Source: Eledone cirrhosa
Taxonomy: Eukaryota
Direction: 5' to 3'
NCBI GenBank assembly: GCA_964016885.1
Contig: CAXHJY010001158.1
Coordinates: forward strand, 62,001-126,000
DNA length: 64,000 nucleotides
The notes beneath the pieces are model-generated. The model saw only the letters and a program-made list of their open reading frames with translations, was not told where the DNA came from and made no database searches. The position numbers were made by a program, and so were the translations under genes. Shown one piece after another: positions 13,058-25,180 of the stretch (positions are counted from its first letter, which is position 1; each line of letters starts with the position of its first letter).

Positions 13058-13349
13058 TAAAAGTAGCTTATTATTTTGTGAGCTCTTGCTACTTATTGCT
13101 CTTGTGCATCAAGAACATACACAGCTTACATTTTGTTGCTAATCTCACTGAGATCCAACTACATCTCTTGTTTATCCATAGTTTGGAATTTCTACCTACT
13201 CCTTTCCTTTAGAATGATCAAGGCCATTTTCTTGTGGGGATCTAGGCCCTGTTTTCCTTTCTATTTTGCCAAGTTATCTTACATCACTTTCATTCTAGAC
13301 CATGCTTCCAGGTTTGGAATTTCTCCTCTAATTTTACCACAGATTAAGT

Positions 13350-15075
13350 GACAAGGGTTCAATCATGTGCATACAGGAGTTCCCATGGACAGCCAGTAAT
13401 ATGTAATAGCCTGCAGGATGATAATAAACAGAAGAGGGTTAATTACAGAGCCCTGATAGAGGGTTAATAACAGAGCCCTGATAGACTTGTTCACTCAACT
13501 CCTCACTATAGCCATCATTACTTTTAACCTTACTGACTGCTCCTCCATACATGGCTTTTACTGCTCTCACAAGCCACTCATATACCCCTAGTTTTCTAAG
13601 TTATACACCAGATTAGGGAAGGGGGAAGTCTCACAGAAGCTCTCTCTGGGTCAACAAATGCCAAGTAGAGGGGCTTATTTTAGCTAGGTACTACTCTTGC
13701 AGTTGCCACACAAGGAAGAGGACATCAGTGGTACTTTTACCTGGCACAAATCCAAACTTCATCTCATCTAGGTTAACTTGGTCCCTAATCAGCTGTGTTA
13801 TAAATCTAACACCTTCATGAAGTGGTCCATCTAATATCTCTATAGTTTTCTAGCTCTAGTACATCTCCTTTGCCCTTGTAGCAGTTGATGATGATGATAC
13901 TACACCATTTATTTGGTATGACACCATTTTGTATTACATGCTGTACGATACCAGTGGTTAAGATGTGACCCACCATCCCAGATACTTTCAGTATCTCAGC
14001 AACTATCACCAATGGACAAGATACTTTCTCTGTCTTCATATCCTTAATTACCTTACTTCATATCCTTAATTACCTTACTGCTTACTTGTATGGCTGGACC
14101 CTCTGTTGGGCCCACTTTCCGTAGACTATCTTCCTCCCATGCATTCTCCTCATTCAGTAATCTTTCATAAAGGCATTTCCATGTTACAAAGGTTGGCTGA
14201 AAAGTTCATAGACTATCAATGATAGCATGATGCTAGAGCTGTGAAATCTTGCCTGCATTAATTTCAACTCTTCTTATTAATAACTGCATTGTTTCCTTCC
14301 AGGGACTATGTTGAAAAATAAACCTCATTTGGTCATTCCATGAGTGTATCTTGGTATGCCTATGAACTTTTCAGCTGACCCTATTCAGCATCAGTGAGCC
14401 CAAATGCCCCATTATCATCCTGGACACACTTTACCCCAACATCACAATTTGCCCTCACACACTGCCTCACAATCCTGAACATCTCATGTATTTCATCCTC
14501 ACATCATAAAACCAACTGAAATTATATATTCTCTGCTTCCCTCCTTGCAAAGAATACTTCTTGCCTAGCTTCCTGTAGTGTACCCTCCAGCTGCCTCCAT
14601 TCTGCCATTATTCCATGCCTGTCTCTTGGCCTTAACTGTCTCATCTACCCTAGTGTTTCACCACCAAGATACTCTCCTCTCTGAAGCCCTGCTCCAGCCA
14701 CAGATCTAGTTTGACACCTTCAGCAAAGGTTCTTTAAGGAACTCCCACTGTTCCCCTATATTGTATGTTTCTATTTGTTCTTCCTTACTGTTGTAAAGAT
14801 CAAACAAAATATCTCTAAATTTGGAACTGGCTGAGGGGTCCTTTAACTTCCATATCCTTCTCCTCCAAGTTGCCCTCAGTCTTCAAGTTCATCTAAGTCT
14901 ATGAAATCACTAACTACTGGGTTATGTTGGGAGGTGCATTCTTCCCCAGGGGGTGGGGATTGTGTGTTTACAAATGTCAATATCTCATCTTCTGGTGAGG
15001 ATAAAAATCTGACTGGCATGCTCCTCTGACCAATAGGTGTTGAAGTGGTTGTCGGGTAAACGTTAAGACCCTCTG
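13350..15075 (-). mobile_element. Decayed RTE-clade LINE (RT region)
   Basis: Fragmented ORFs such as VIPNKWCSIIIINCYKGKGDVLELENYRDI; many stops and frameshifts. Confidence 0.8.
14187..14384. mobile_element. Mariner-like MITE nested in the RTE
   Basis: Imperfect ~25-bp TIRs: AAGGTTGGCTGAAAAGTTCATAGAC and GCCTATGAACTTTTCAGCTGACCCT, with TA on the left. Confidence 0.7.
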
Positions 15076-15097
15076 ATATACATATATATATATATAT

Positions 15098-15153
15098 ACT
15101 AGCAGTGGTACCCGGCGTTGCACGGGATAACGTATTTCGGAACGCGGGCCGCC
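15098..15153 (+). mobile_element. Helentron/HINE-like terminus
   Basis: (TA)n-ACTAGCAGTGGTACCCGGCGTTGCACGGGATAA; copy B equivalent starts at 51488. Confidence 0.5.
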
Positions 15154-15429
15154 ATCTTCCACTTCAGCCGGTCGCCCTAAAGTGTTGGCTATTCAGTCTA
15201 CTTGAGGCCAGTTGGTGAGGGGGGGTAAAGCTTTCAGTGTGCTACTACCCTCACGGTCAAATAGAAAGGGAGAGGAAGAAAAGTCAGCGTTAATATCGTG
15301 CTACACGTTTGAAAGGTTGGATGACCTTAGAGTTCACCAGGGTGGGGGGTTCTAAAAGTATCTATCTTGGTATTTTATCTTAGAAGTAATCATTACAGAG
15401 TGTACTGGGTGTATTTTAGTGGGCAGTAA

Positions 15430-16260
15430 TTCCATAAAGAACACAGTATAATCTGTGGACACAAGCCTTGCAGTGTGATTACAGGCAGGTTAATGGGAAA
15501 GATAGATTATATATGTGACATGATGTACATGAGAAGTGAGGACACAGACCACACATGAAATAGATTCCTACAACTGTCAGGGAGGCTCCCTAGAATTACA
15601 GATGACATATTTCAATATCTCGGTGATCAAGTTAGCAGTGGAGGAAGAATCTCTAAAAGTGTAATACCCAGGATAAGGACAGGCTGGAAGAAGTTTAGAG
15701 TACTGTTCCATCTGTTGACAACAAAGGGCTTCTCTCTCAGAATGGAGGCTAGACTGCTTGATACTTATGTGTGGTCTGCAATCTACACCCCAGCCATGCC
15801 CCTTCCACTACCACTCCTTAGCTATTTCTCTCCATTAATACTCCTCACATTTCAAGCAGTTTTCTCATCTCAATGAAAGAAAAATATTGGGCTCAAGAGA
15901 AGTCTTCAGTTATGCCATGGTGTGGCAACCTCCCTAGGGTTGGGCAGAGTGTAAATGAGAGTGAAATTAGGTATGAGAGGGATCATATGCAGTATACAAG
16001 AGAGTAGATTACATTGGTATGGTCATGTGATGGGTATAAAGGATGACAGCTGTATAAAAATGTGCTGGGCAATCAAAGTTGATGGAAGTTATGAAGGCGG
16101 AAGACCCAGGATGACCTGGGATGAGGTGATAAAAGATGACTTTGCACAATTGCAACTCTCAAAGACAATGACACAGGATAGAGATCTTGAGATGTATGCA
16201 GCAATACAGAAGGCCTGCTTTCCAATGTGCACGGACTCAAACATACATCTAGTAGGCCCC
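15430..16260 (+). mobile_element. Decayed RTE-clade LINE 3' part
   Basis: RLHWYGHVM...GGRPRMTW motif typical of the RTE ORF2 C-terminus (ORF 15955-16266). Confidence 0.8.
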
Positions 16261-16322
16261 TCCTAACCACTATACTCCTTTCCAAACTCCCACACTCCCA
16301 CTTCTGTACACACCACCTTTAG

Positions 16323-17030
16323 ACTGTAAAGTGGTAGTGTACAAGTCACAACAAAAGCACCCAGTCCACTCTGTAAAGTTGATGTGTTGGTGTCATAACA
16401 AAAGGCACTCAGTCCACTCTGTAAAGAGGTTGTGTAAGTGTCACAACAAAGACATCTAGTCCACACTGTAAAGTGGTCATGTAGGTGTCACAACAAAAAG
16501 TACCAGTCATTATTGTAAAGTGGTTGTATAGGTGTCATAACAAAAAGCACCCAGTCGACACTGTAAAGTGGTTGTGTAGGTGTCAGAACCAAAAGCACCC
16601 AGTCCACACTGTAAAGTGGTTGTGTAGGTGTCATGACAAAAAGCACCTAGTCCACACTGTAAAGTGGTCATGCAGGTGTCATGACAAAAAGCACCCAGTC
16701 CTCACTGTAAAGTGGTCATGTAGGTGTCATGTCAAAAAGCACCCAGTCCACCCTGTAAAGTGGTTGTGTAGGTGTCATGATAAAAAGCACCCAGTCCACA
16801 CAGTAAAGTGGTCATGTAGGTGTCACTAAAAAAGCACCCAGTCTACTCTGTAAAGTGGTCATGTAGGTGTCATGACAAATAGCACCCAGTCCACCCTGTA
16901 AAGTGTTCATGTAGGTGTCATGACGGAGAGTAACCAGTCCACAATGTAAAGTAGCCATGTAGCTGTCACAACAAAGCACCCAGTCCACACTGTAAAGTGG
17001 TCATGTAGGTGTCATTTCAAAAAGCACCCA
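16323..17030 (+). repeat. 48-bp minisatellite
   Basis: Unit CTGTAAAGTGGTCATGTAGGTGTCATGACAAAAAGCACCCAGTCCACA; copy B (~52713-53468) has one extra unit. Confidence 0.9.
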
Positions 17031-17110
17031 GGTCCATGGCTTGGCCTGCTAACCGACGCTATACCCAAGTCGGTCGCCATGCTTTCCAGCATAGAGTTAC
17101 GTCTCTTTAT

Positions 17111-17220
17111 GGTCTGAGTTCAAATCACGCCGAGGTTAACTTTGCCTTTCATCCTTACGGGGTCGATAAAATAAAGCACCAGTAATGTACTGGGGTCGAT
17201 TTAATCGACTTTCCCCTCCT
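17111..17220 (+). mobile_element. tRNA-derived SINE (resembles octopus SINE families)
   Basis: GAGTTCAAATC B-box plus core GTTAACTTTGCCTTTCATCCTTACGGGGTCGATAAAATAAAG..CTGGGGTCGATTTAATCGACT; several copies in the window. Confidence 0.8.
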
Positions 17221-17261
17221 CTGCCAAATGACACACACATGCATGGTTCGGGGGAACCTAC

Positions 17262-17315
<54 letters not shown>

Positions 17316-18194
17316 GTAGGTCACTGGTTGAGTCGGTATTAACCACAGTAACTAAGGTACTCAATACATATTAGATATAGGTGTCTTTCTAATTGCTGGC
17401 CTTGTTCATAAGGTATACACAAGTATGATGTGTGTCTGTTTAACTGTACGTGTGAAAACATCGCGAAATTGCGCCTTTTAATATTTGAATATAAACAGTT
17501 AAAAAATAATTATTTTAGTAATTTTTAAATATCGATAATGTGTATATAAATATTAGAAATCAATTTAATTAGTTCAGTAACATTACTCGGAGTTAAGATA
17601 AACCTTCATTTGAAGAAATTCGAGATTTGACCAAATAAATAGATTATGTGATCAATAAAAAAAATATGTATACGCGCTGTGACGACGGGTTGCAGACAGT
17701 CAGGCATACAGACACATATTTTAAAGCGTGCGACTTTAAAAGTGTTACTCTCTCTCTTTTTAGATAGATAGACTTAATTAAAGCAGTTTCACTCTCTCTA
17801 TATTTCATCAGCTCCCTCTCTCTTAAATTGAAAGATTCATTAAGGCTGAAATAATCTAAACAGTAACATCATTTTTCGCCAGCTCTAGCTTGCGTCCAGA
17901 GATATACACACACATATATATATATATTTTTTGTTATCGAGTTGAGCTTTGCCAAGCATAGAATTCCAAATTTGACCATCTCCACTGAAAATGTTCGTGA
18001 AATAGTCTTTAAGAAGCAATTTAATTTTTTCCAACTGAAACTGTAAGTATTTTAAAATTTATTTCAACATGGTCTTAAAAGATTGTTGGCTTTTTTTAAA
18101 TTCATAACTATTTACTATGAAATATAAATTATTAAATCCAATTTATTTGATAACCATGATTTGATTTTATAATTACCTGAATCACGTTAACATG

Positions 18195-18239
<45 letters not shown>

Positions 18240-18499
18240 GTGTGTGTATATATATATATATATAATAATTGTTTCTACGTTACGCAGTGTATTACTGGTA
18301 CTGTATTTTACGATATTAAATATTAAATATTAACTATTAGATATTAAATATTAAATATTAGATATTAGATATTAAATATTAAATATTAAATATGATATCC
18401 CTGAAATATATATAATGAAATAAATATGGTTTTATAAATGTAATTTCCATTTGTTTAATATCAAATATATATATATATATATATATGTATTTATGTATA

Positions 18500-18551
<52 letters not shown>

Positions 18552-18777
18552 GCAGACACAGACACAGAATATCGTATATATCACACACACACAATTAAGA
18601 CTTGACGTGTTGCAGACAGCCAGACATACAGAGAGATATTTTAAAGCGTGCGACCTTACATGCCTTACTCTTTCTCTTATCAAAAGAGAAAGAGTAATGC
18701 TAACACTTACGTCTACTTCACGCTCTCTTGAACCGTTACAGAAATTGCATCACATCTAATTATAACTTTGTACGTTT

Positions 18778-19171
<394 letters not shown>

Positions 19172-19444
19172 ATAATAATAATAATGAAATGATTGTGTAC
19201 AGTGCTCAGGTGCACTACAACTCATCAAAGGTGCATGTATAGTACATAGAATAATGTACAAATGTCAGGAAAATAAACAGTGTATGAGTCATGATATAAT
19301 AACAATAACAATAATGAAATATTGTGCACTGCCCAGGTGCACCACAACCCATCAAAAAAGTGCATGTACAGTACATAGGGCAATGCACAAACATCAGTAA
19401 AATGAACAGTGCACACATGTGTGCATGTGTATGGAAGGGGCACA

Positions 19445-22210
19445 TCAGGTGTAGTTTTGGCGTATTTCGGGAAGCATGAGTGTCTTAAAGGATGCAGTGT
19501 CTCGGCAGCTAACAATTGACGCAGGCAGTTTGTTCCATGTTTCAGCAACTCTGAGCGTGAAAAAATGTCTGCGAAAGTCATGGGAGCTGTGCTGTTTTCT
19601 TATCTTGTAGGCATGTCCACGTGTGTTAGACACATGGAGATCAAAGAGGCGCTCAGGGTTGCAGTTGGCGAGATGGTTAAAAACTTTGTGGGTATTCACC
19701 AAGTCCACTGCCAGATGTCGGAGCTTCAATGAATCCATGCCCAGGGAAGCAAGGCGTTCAGAGTATGGTAGGTGTCTGATGGAGGGTATGCGCTTGGTTG
19801 CACGTCTCTGAACAGCTTCCAGGAGGTCAATGTTCCGAGCAAGATAGGGGTTCCAGACTGATGATGCGAATTCCAAGTGTGGTCGCACCATAGCTGTATA
19901 CAGTTTTAAATAGATGGCTGGAGAGCGGCTAACAAAGGTCTTGCTGAGTGATGCCAAGACACCCTCGGCCTTCTTGACAATCTTAGAGACATGCTTTGTC
20001 CAACGCAAATCGTTGCCGACAGTAATGCCCAGGTCACGTTCACAAGAGGACTTTTTGATGTCAGTGTTGTGGAGGGAGTATGTGGACGCTGGATTTTTCC
20101 TTCCAAAATGCATGGTGGTACACTTGTCCACAGCCAGCTTCAGTTGCCAGTCTGTGATCCATTGCTGCATTGTGTCCAGGTCTGATTTTAGGAAAGAGTT
20201 GTAAATTTCAGGATCAGTCCTTTTGATTTCAAGGTACAGCTTGATGTCATCTGCATATTTTAGTACCGTGGCATTCTGTAAGTTGGCATCTATGTCATTA
20301 ATATATGCCACAAACAAAAGAGGACCAAGAACAGATCCCTGTGGTACACCAGATGACATCTCATATGGTGAAGAATGCTGTCCTAGAACCGTGACTACTT
20401 TCCTTCGGCTGAGAATGAAGGATTTCAGCCAGTCGAAAAGATCATCCCTCACACCCATTGCAGAGAGTTTTGCCATAAGTCTTTTGTGTGGCACAGAATT
20501 AAAAGCCTTAGCAAAGTCAAGGTAAACAACATCCACCCATGAGCCGCTGTCAGTGATCCGGGTGATGTCCTCAAGGAACTCGATAAGCTGATCACAGCAG
20601 CTGGAGTTAGGGATAAATCCAAACTGTGAGGGCCGGATGAGGCTGTGAGAGCTCCAGAAGTTCCAAAGTGTTTCTCTGACACAGGATTCCATCAGTTTGG
20701 CCATACAGCTAGTAAGACTGACTGGACGATAGTTGACAGGTGACATGCGGTTGCCCTTTTTGAACAGGGGAATGACACTGGCAGTTTTCCACTGCTCCGG
20801 AGTAGCACCATTGCTGAGACAGTATTGAAAGAAAAAAGAAAGCTGGCGCAAAAGGAAATCCCCGCCACGTTTGAGAAGCAGGTATGTCACACCATCAAGA
20901 CCAGGGGAGGCATAGTTGCGCTTATTCTTAAGGTGACGTCGCAACATTGCAGGTGTAAATTCCATAGTTGTTATGGAATTTGATGTTAGAGATGGTGGAG
21001 ATGGTACATTCTGGTTTTCAACAGTAAAAATACTTGCATAGCACTCAGCAATGAGTTCTGCGCATTCCTTGGGATCGTCAGTGATCTGGCTTGTGTGGGG
21101 ATTGCGAAGAGGACCAACTGGAGAGTGAGGTCTCTGCTTTGAATGAACATATTTCCAGAACACCTTACTGTCAGGATTGGTTGCGATGCACTGTTCAAAT
21201 TCAAGCACTGCCTTCTTTGTCACTTGCTTGAGATGGTTAGAAGATTTATTCCGCTTTTTTCTGTTGGCATCTGATCTATGCAGTTTATATTCCCGTTCAG
21301 CGTTCCGACGTTCTTTCCTGGCAAGTCGGACTGCTGAAGTTTCCCAGATTGCACTTTTGGGGTGGTTATTTTTCCGCTTCCGTGGCACTGATGCTGCACA
21401 CGCTATCCATATTGAGTCCAGGATGCTCTGGAGTATAGAGTTCACATCTCCAGAGTTATACATCTCATGCCAGTTTGGGCGCTGTAGCTCAGTGCAGTAC
21501 AAGTTCCAATCCGCCCTCTTCCAATCAAAGCAAGCAGATTGGAGATGGCTCTGGTTTTTGTTGCTGCCCTCAAGTGCCAGATTGGCAATGATCATAGCAT
21601 GATCAGAGTCGCCTAGAGGTTCCTCAGTAGTACAACTGATAACCACTTCAGGAGTAGTGGTGAAGATCAGGTCCAAAGTGTTGTCACCTCTTGTTGGAGA
21701 GGTGACTACTTGTGACCAGTTTGAGTCCAGCACTAGTTCAAGGAAATCGTTTGCACCCTGTGGCCAACGAAAGGTTTCCCAATCGATCTCAGGATGATTG
21801 AAGTCACCTGCAATAAACACATAAGTGGCTGTTTTCTTGGCAGCAACTCTGAGGATATCGCAAAGCTGTGTGTCCTGATGGTAGTTTGGGGGGCGATAAA
21901 CAACACCAAGCAGAAGTGTTGACATGGTCATACGTATGTCACAGAAAAAAACTTCTTCCTGTGATTCGTTCAAATCAACGCAAGGAATTACCGAAAAGTT
22001 TGAACGAACGTAGACCATCACACCACCACCACGGCGGTTAATGCGGTCCTTGCGGAAAAGGTTGTACCCAGTAATGGTGAAAACCCCATCACAGAGTAAG
22101 GAATGTGCCCATGTTTCCGTGACTGTGATGAAGTCAGGGTCGATGCTTCTGACGTAGGATTCGAACAGATGTATCTTGTTGCATAAACTGCGAGCATTTA
22201 AGGACAACAA
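19445..22210 (-). CDS. LINE ORF2: AP endonuclease plus reverse transcriptase (921 aa; frame open further upstream to 22318)
   Basis: APE motifs LNARS, VTETW, GDFN, TLDL, SDH. RT motifs QFGF, LDFAKAF, GVPQGSVLGPLLF, YADD. CR1-type C-terminus VRPHLEF..SVWNP, TRGH, RHFF..RV...WN.LP. Confidence 0.93.
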   Translation of the reverse strand: MLSLNARSLCNKIHLFESYVRSIDPDFITVTETWAHSLLCDGVFTITGYNLFRKDRINRRGGGVMVYVRSNFSVIPCVDLNESQEEVFFCDIRMTMSTLLLGVVYRPPNYHQDTQLCDILRVAAKKTATYVFIAGDFNHPEIDWETFRWPQGANDFLELVLDSNWSQVVTSPTRGDNTLDLIFTTTPEVVISCTTEEPLGDSDHAMIIANLALEGSNKNQSHLQSACFDWKRADWNLYCTELQRPNWHEMYNSGDVNSILQSILDSIWIACAASVPRKRKNNHPKSAIWETSAVRLARKERRNAEREYKLHRSDANRKKRNKSSNHLKQVTKKAVLEFEQCIATNPDSKVFWKYVHSKQRPHSPVGPLRNPHTSQITDDPKECAELIAECYASIFTVENQNVPSPPSLTSNSITTMEFTPAMLRRHLKNKRNYASPGLDGVTYLLLKRGGDFLLRQLSFFFQYCLSNGATPEQWKTASVIPLFKKGNRMSPVNYRPVSLTSCMAKLMESCVRETLWNFWSSHSLIRPSQFGFIPNSSCCDQLIEFLEDITRITDSGSWVDVVYLDFAKAFNSVPHKRLMAKLSAMGVRDDLFDWLKSFILSRRKVVTVLGQHSSPYEMSSGVPQGSVLGPLLFVAYINDIDANLQNATVLKYADDIKLYLEIKRTDPEIYNSFLKSDLDTMQQWITDWQLKLAVDKCTTMHFGRKNPASTYSLHNTDIKKSSCERDLGITVGNDLRWTKHVSKIVKKAEGVLASLSKTFVSRSPAIYLKLYTAMVRPHLEFASSVWNPYLARNIDLLEAVQRRATKRIPSIRHLPYSERLASLGMDSLKLRHLAVDLVNTHKVFNHLANCNPERLFDLHVSNTRGHAYKIRKQHSSHDFRRHFFTLRVAETWNKLPASIVSCRDTASFKTLMLPEIRQNYT

Positions 22211-22266
22211 TTTGTACCCTGCTCGCAGTCTATGATGGTGTGTAGAGGGTGGCAGGTTGTTCTGGT

Positions 22267-22419
22267 TTAGTTTCCCAGAGTTGTAGCAGTTTTTACATTG
22301 CCAGTTATTGTGGGTAGATCACACTCAGACCAGCTGGTATCTCTCTTCCACGTTTCACCCGCCTTGACAAACCTCCAGATCTGCCCATCATCACGCAGAC
22401 TGAAACTTTCATCTTGTGC
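22267..22419 (-). pseudogene. Remnant C-terminus of LINE ORF1 (...TATTLGN*)
   Basis: Non-microsatellite part of ORF 22267-22596; overlaps the ORF2 frame by ~50 nt and is truncated at the insertion boundary. Confidence 0.6.
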
Positions 22420-22484
22420 TGTATATATATATATATACACACGTGTGTGTGTATTTATGTATATATATATATATACACACACAC

Positions 22485-22526
<42 letters not shown>

Positions 22527-22641
22527 GTGTGTGTGTGTATATATATTTATATATATATACACACATGTGTGTGTATATATATATATATATATACACGTGT
22601 GTGTGTATTTATATATATATATATATACACACACACGTGTG

Positions 22642-22672
<31 letters not shown>

Positions 22673-22769
22673 GTGTGTGTATATATATATATCTGTCTCT
22701 CTCCCTGTCTCTCACTCTCCCTCTATTCCCCCTCTCTCTCTCTGTCTCTCTCTCCCCCCCCCTCTCTCT

Positions 22770-23050
22770 CTCTAGTAGTAGAGAGAGACAAAGAGAGAGA
22801 GATATAAACGTATAACCCTAACCAAACCCTAACCCAACCCTAACCCCAACCCTAACCCTAACCTAACCCTAACCCATCTCTCTCTCTCTCTCACCCCCTC
22901 TCTCTCTCTCTAGTAGTAGAGAGAGAGACAAAGAGAGAGAGAGATATAAACGTATAACCCTAACCCAACCCTAACCTCTCTCTCTCTCTCTCTCCCCTCT
23001 CTCTCTCTATTCCCCCCTCTCTATTTCCCCCCCCCTCTCTCTCTAGTAGT

Positions 23051-23081
<31 letters not shown>

Positions 23082-23165
23082 TATAAACGTATAACCCTAA
23101 CCCAACCCTAACCCTAACCCAACCCCAACCCTAACCCATCTCTCTCTCTCTCTCTCTCTCTCTCT
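22770..23165 (+). repeat. Compound repeat of (CT)n-AGTAGTAG-(GA)n-TATAAACGTATAA-(CCCTAA)n
   Basis: Three units here and about five in copy B (~55565-56180); contains interstitial telomere-type hexamers. Confidence 0.85.
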
Positions 23166-23309
23166 TTGTTTTTAACATTGTTTTGTTTTTCTTTTCTTTT
23201 CTTATTCAGATGACAAACGGCAGAGGATACAACAGAAGAAAAGAACAAAGATAATTATTATTATTATTACTATTATTATTTGTTTTATTATAATCAAAAT
23301 ATGCTGTTA

Positions 23310-23950
23310 GTTAGATCTGCATTGCGTACATTTTATATAATTTATGCCAGTTCCTTTTCTGCATATCGAACATGGCCATTTCCCTGACGGAATAGAGTTT
23401 TGTCCTCTTTCGTGACACAAAGTACAGCCAGCGGCATCATTGCGGACAGACTTAATCCCGAATTGCACTGACACACTGCCTCGCAATACGGAACACCGCA
23501 CGTCTTTGATCTTCTTCCCGTCGATCAGCCTCCTTGCCATGCTAAGTACACCTGACGTCTAGCTTCTCTCTTAGCGGCGGCTTTATATTCTTCTCTACTC
23601 CCACTAATTTTCCAAGCATTCCATGCTAGCCTTTAGTCTCCAATGGCCCGATCTACCGTGCTGTCCCACCACCATGTCACTCTCTGTCTGGTTGGAACTC
23701 TGATCCAGCCACAAGTTTAATCAGTAGCCTGCAATAAGTTGTCACATAAGAAAATCGAGTTCTCATGTATGTCATACGACTGTGAATCGTCTTCTTTTTC
23801 GTCATACACATATTGAAGGGCTTTCCTAAATTTCTATTTTAGTGAAATCTCTTTTAGCTTCCAGACCTTTCTTTTTTCCACATCTTCCTGTATGTCTCAA
23901 TCATACCTGGAGCTGTCCAACATGACCATTGAAATCCCCTGCTAGCATAA
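23310..23950 (-). mobile_element. Rearranged RTE LINE fragments
   Basis: GKWPCSICRKG..CTQCRS motif and similarity to the RTE pieces at 48620-49220; 23180-23650 is an older duplicate of ~24630-25585. Confidence 0.7.
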
Positions 23951-24739
23951 CGATGTCTCCGTCCTGTCATTGTGGCTGTTTGTAAAAATTGCTTGTAAAT
24001 GAAGTCTTTCTTTTCTTTACCTAGCAGAAGCAATTAACACTAACCCAACTGTAACACTAACCCTAACACTAACTTATGCAGGCCTAGGTAAAGACAAGAA
24101 AGATAAAACAAGGAGTGATGCTTCTTGAATTTTGTGATGCAAGTGTTTTAACCATTTGCAAAACCAACTTCCACAAACCTGCCTCACTGCCGCCTAATAA
24201 CCTACAAATCAGGCAAGCACAGAAGCCGGATTTCTCGGTAGTTAGGCAGCGAGACAGACAGATGGGGTGTGAAGTACCAGGGTGTGCCCCGGGGAGGAAT
24301 GTTTCCCACAGCGTGGGTTGGTTGTTGGTGATGTCTCGGTTATCTTGAGACGGAGTGAGACGTGCAGGAATACTCTCACGGAATCGCCAAATGAGGTTTA
24401 TTTTTCAACATAGTCCCTGGAATGAAACAATGTGGTTATTAAGAAGAATTGAAATTAATGTAAGATTTCACAGATCTATGATCAATCCTTCACAGTCAGC
24501 TTACAAAGTTTTCAGCCAAACCTTGTGTATTTCCAACATTTCAAACCCTATCTAGGACTACATTATCTAATGTACAGTACAGTAGTTAGTATTAGTGGCT
24601 ATCAGACATAGTGTATCTAAATGCAACATTTTTAACATTGTTTTTTTTTTCTTTTCTTTTCTTTTCTTATTCAGATGACAGACGGCAGAGGATACAATAG
24701 AAGAAAAGAACAATGATAATTATTATTATTATTATTGTT

Positions 24740-25139
24740 GTTATTCCTTGAATCTCAGTCATTGATGTTGGTTAACTGGAAAGTCCGTTGGAATGAATAT
24801 CAAGCCACTACCTGCAGCCTCAGATATTCAGGACGTATCGGAGGGTTCTTGCTGTTCCAAGCAAGCATGCCTTTTGAAGCGTTCCAAAAAGCGTGAAGGG
24901 GCCGATTTTCTTTAACCATCCCTGGAAACTTTTGGAGATGGACAAAAAACTGGAACACAATAGACCTGACCTGGTGGTTGTGGACAAAGAAAAAAGATCG
25001 TGTCTGATTGTGGATGTGGCCTGCCCGTTCAACACGAGAGTGCAAGAGAAGGAGAGGGAGAAAATTAACCGATACCAGGACCTAAAGTGGGAGGTGAAAA
25101 GGATTTGGAACTGCCATGAAGTCAAAGTGATCCCGATTG

Positions 25140-25140
<1 letters not shown>
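24740..25140 (+). mobile_element. Restriction-like endonuclease (R2-superclade) non-LTR fragment in an (ATT)n tract
   Basis: HNRPDLVVVDK...LIVDVACP......EKINRYQDL..E...W motif (PD..D RLE); copy B at ~57754-58152. Confidence 0.75.

Positions 25141-25180
<40 letters not shown>

Larger units (their letters stand above)
19172..22420 (-). mobile_element. Young 5'-truncated CR1-type LINE, copy A only
   Basis: Intact APE+RT ORF, (ATT)n 3' tail at ~19172-19185, ORF1 C-terminal remnant; absent from the equivalent microsatellite in copy B. Confidence 0.92.

Noticed and set aside
16485-16829. Cys/His-rich repeat ORF resembling a zinc-finger protein
   Set aside because: Translation of a 48-bp minisatellite; spacing does not fit C2H2 and neighbouring units contain stops.
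17111-17140. tRNA gene
   Set aside because: Only a B-box-like motif within a SINE; no cloverleaf.
22770-23165. True chromosome end
   Set aside because: The CCCTAA tracts are short, degenerate, internal and repeated in each unit.
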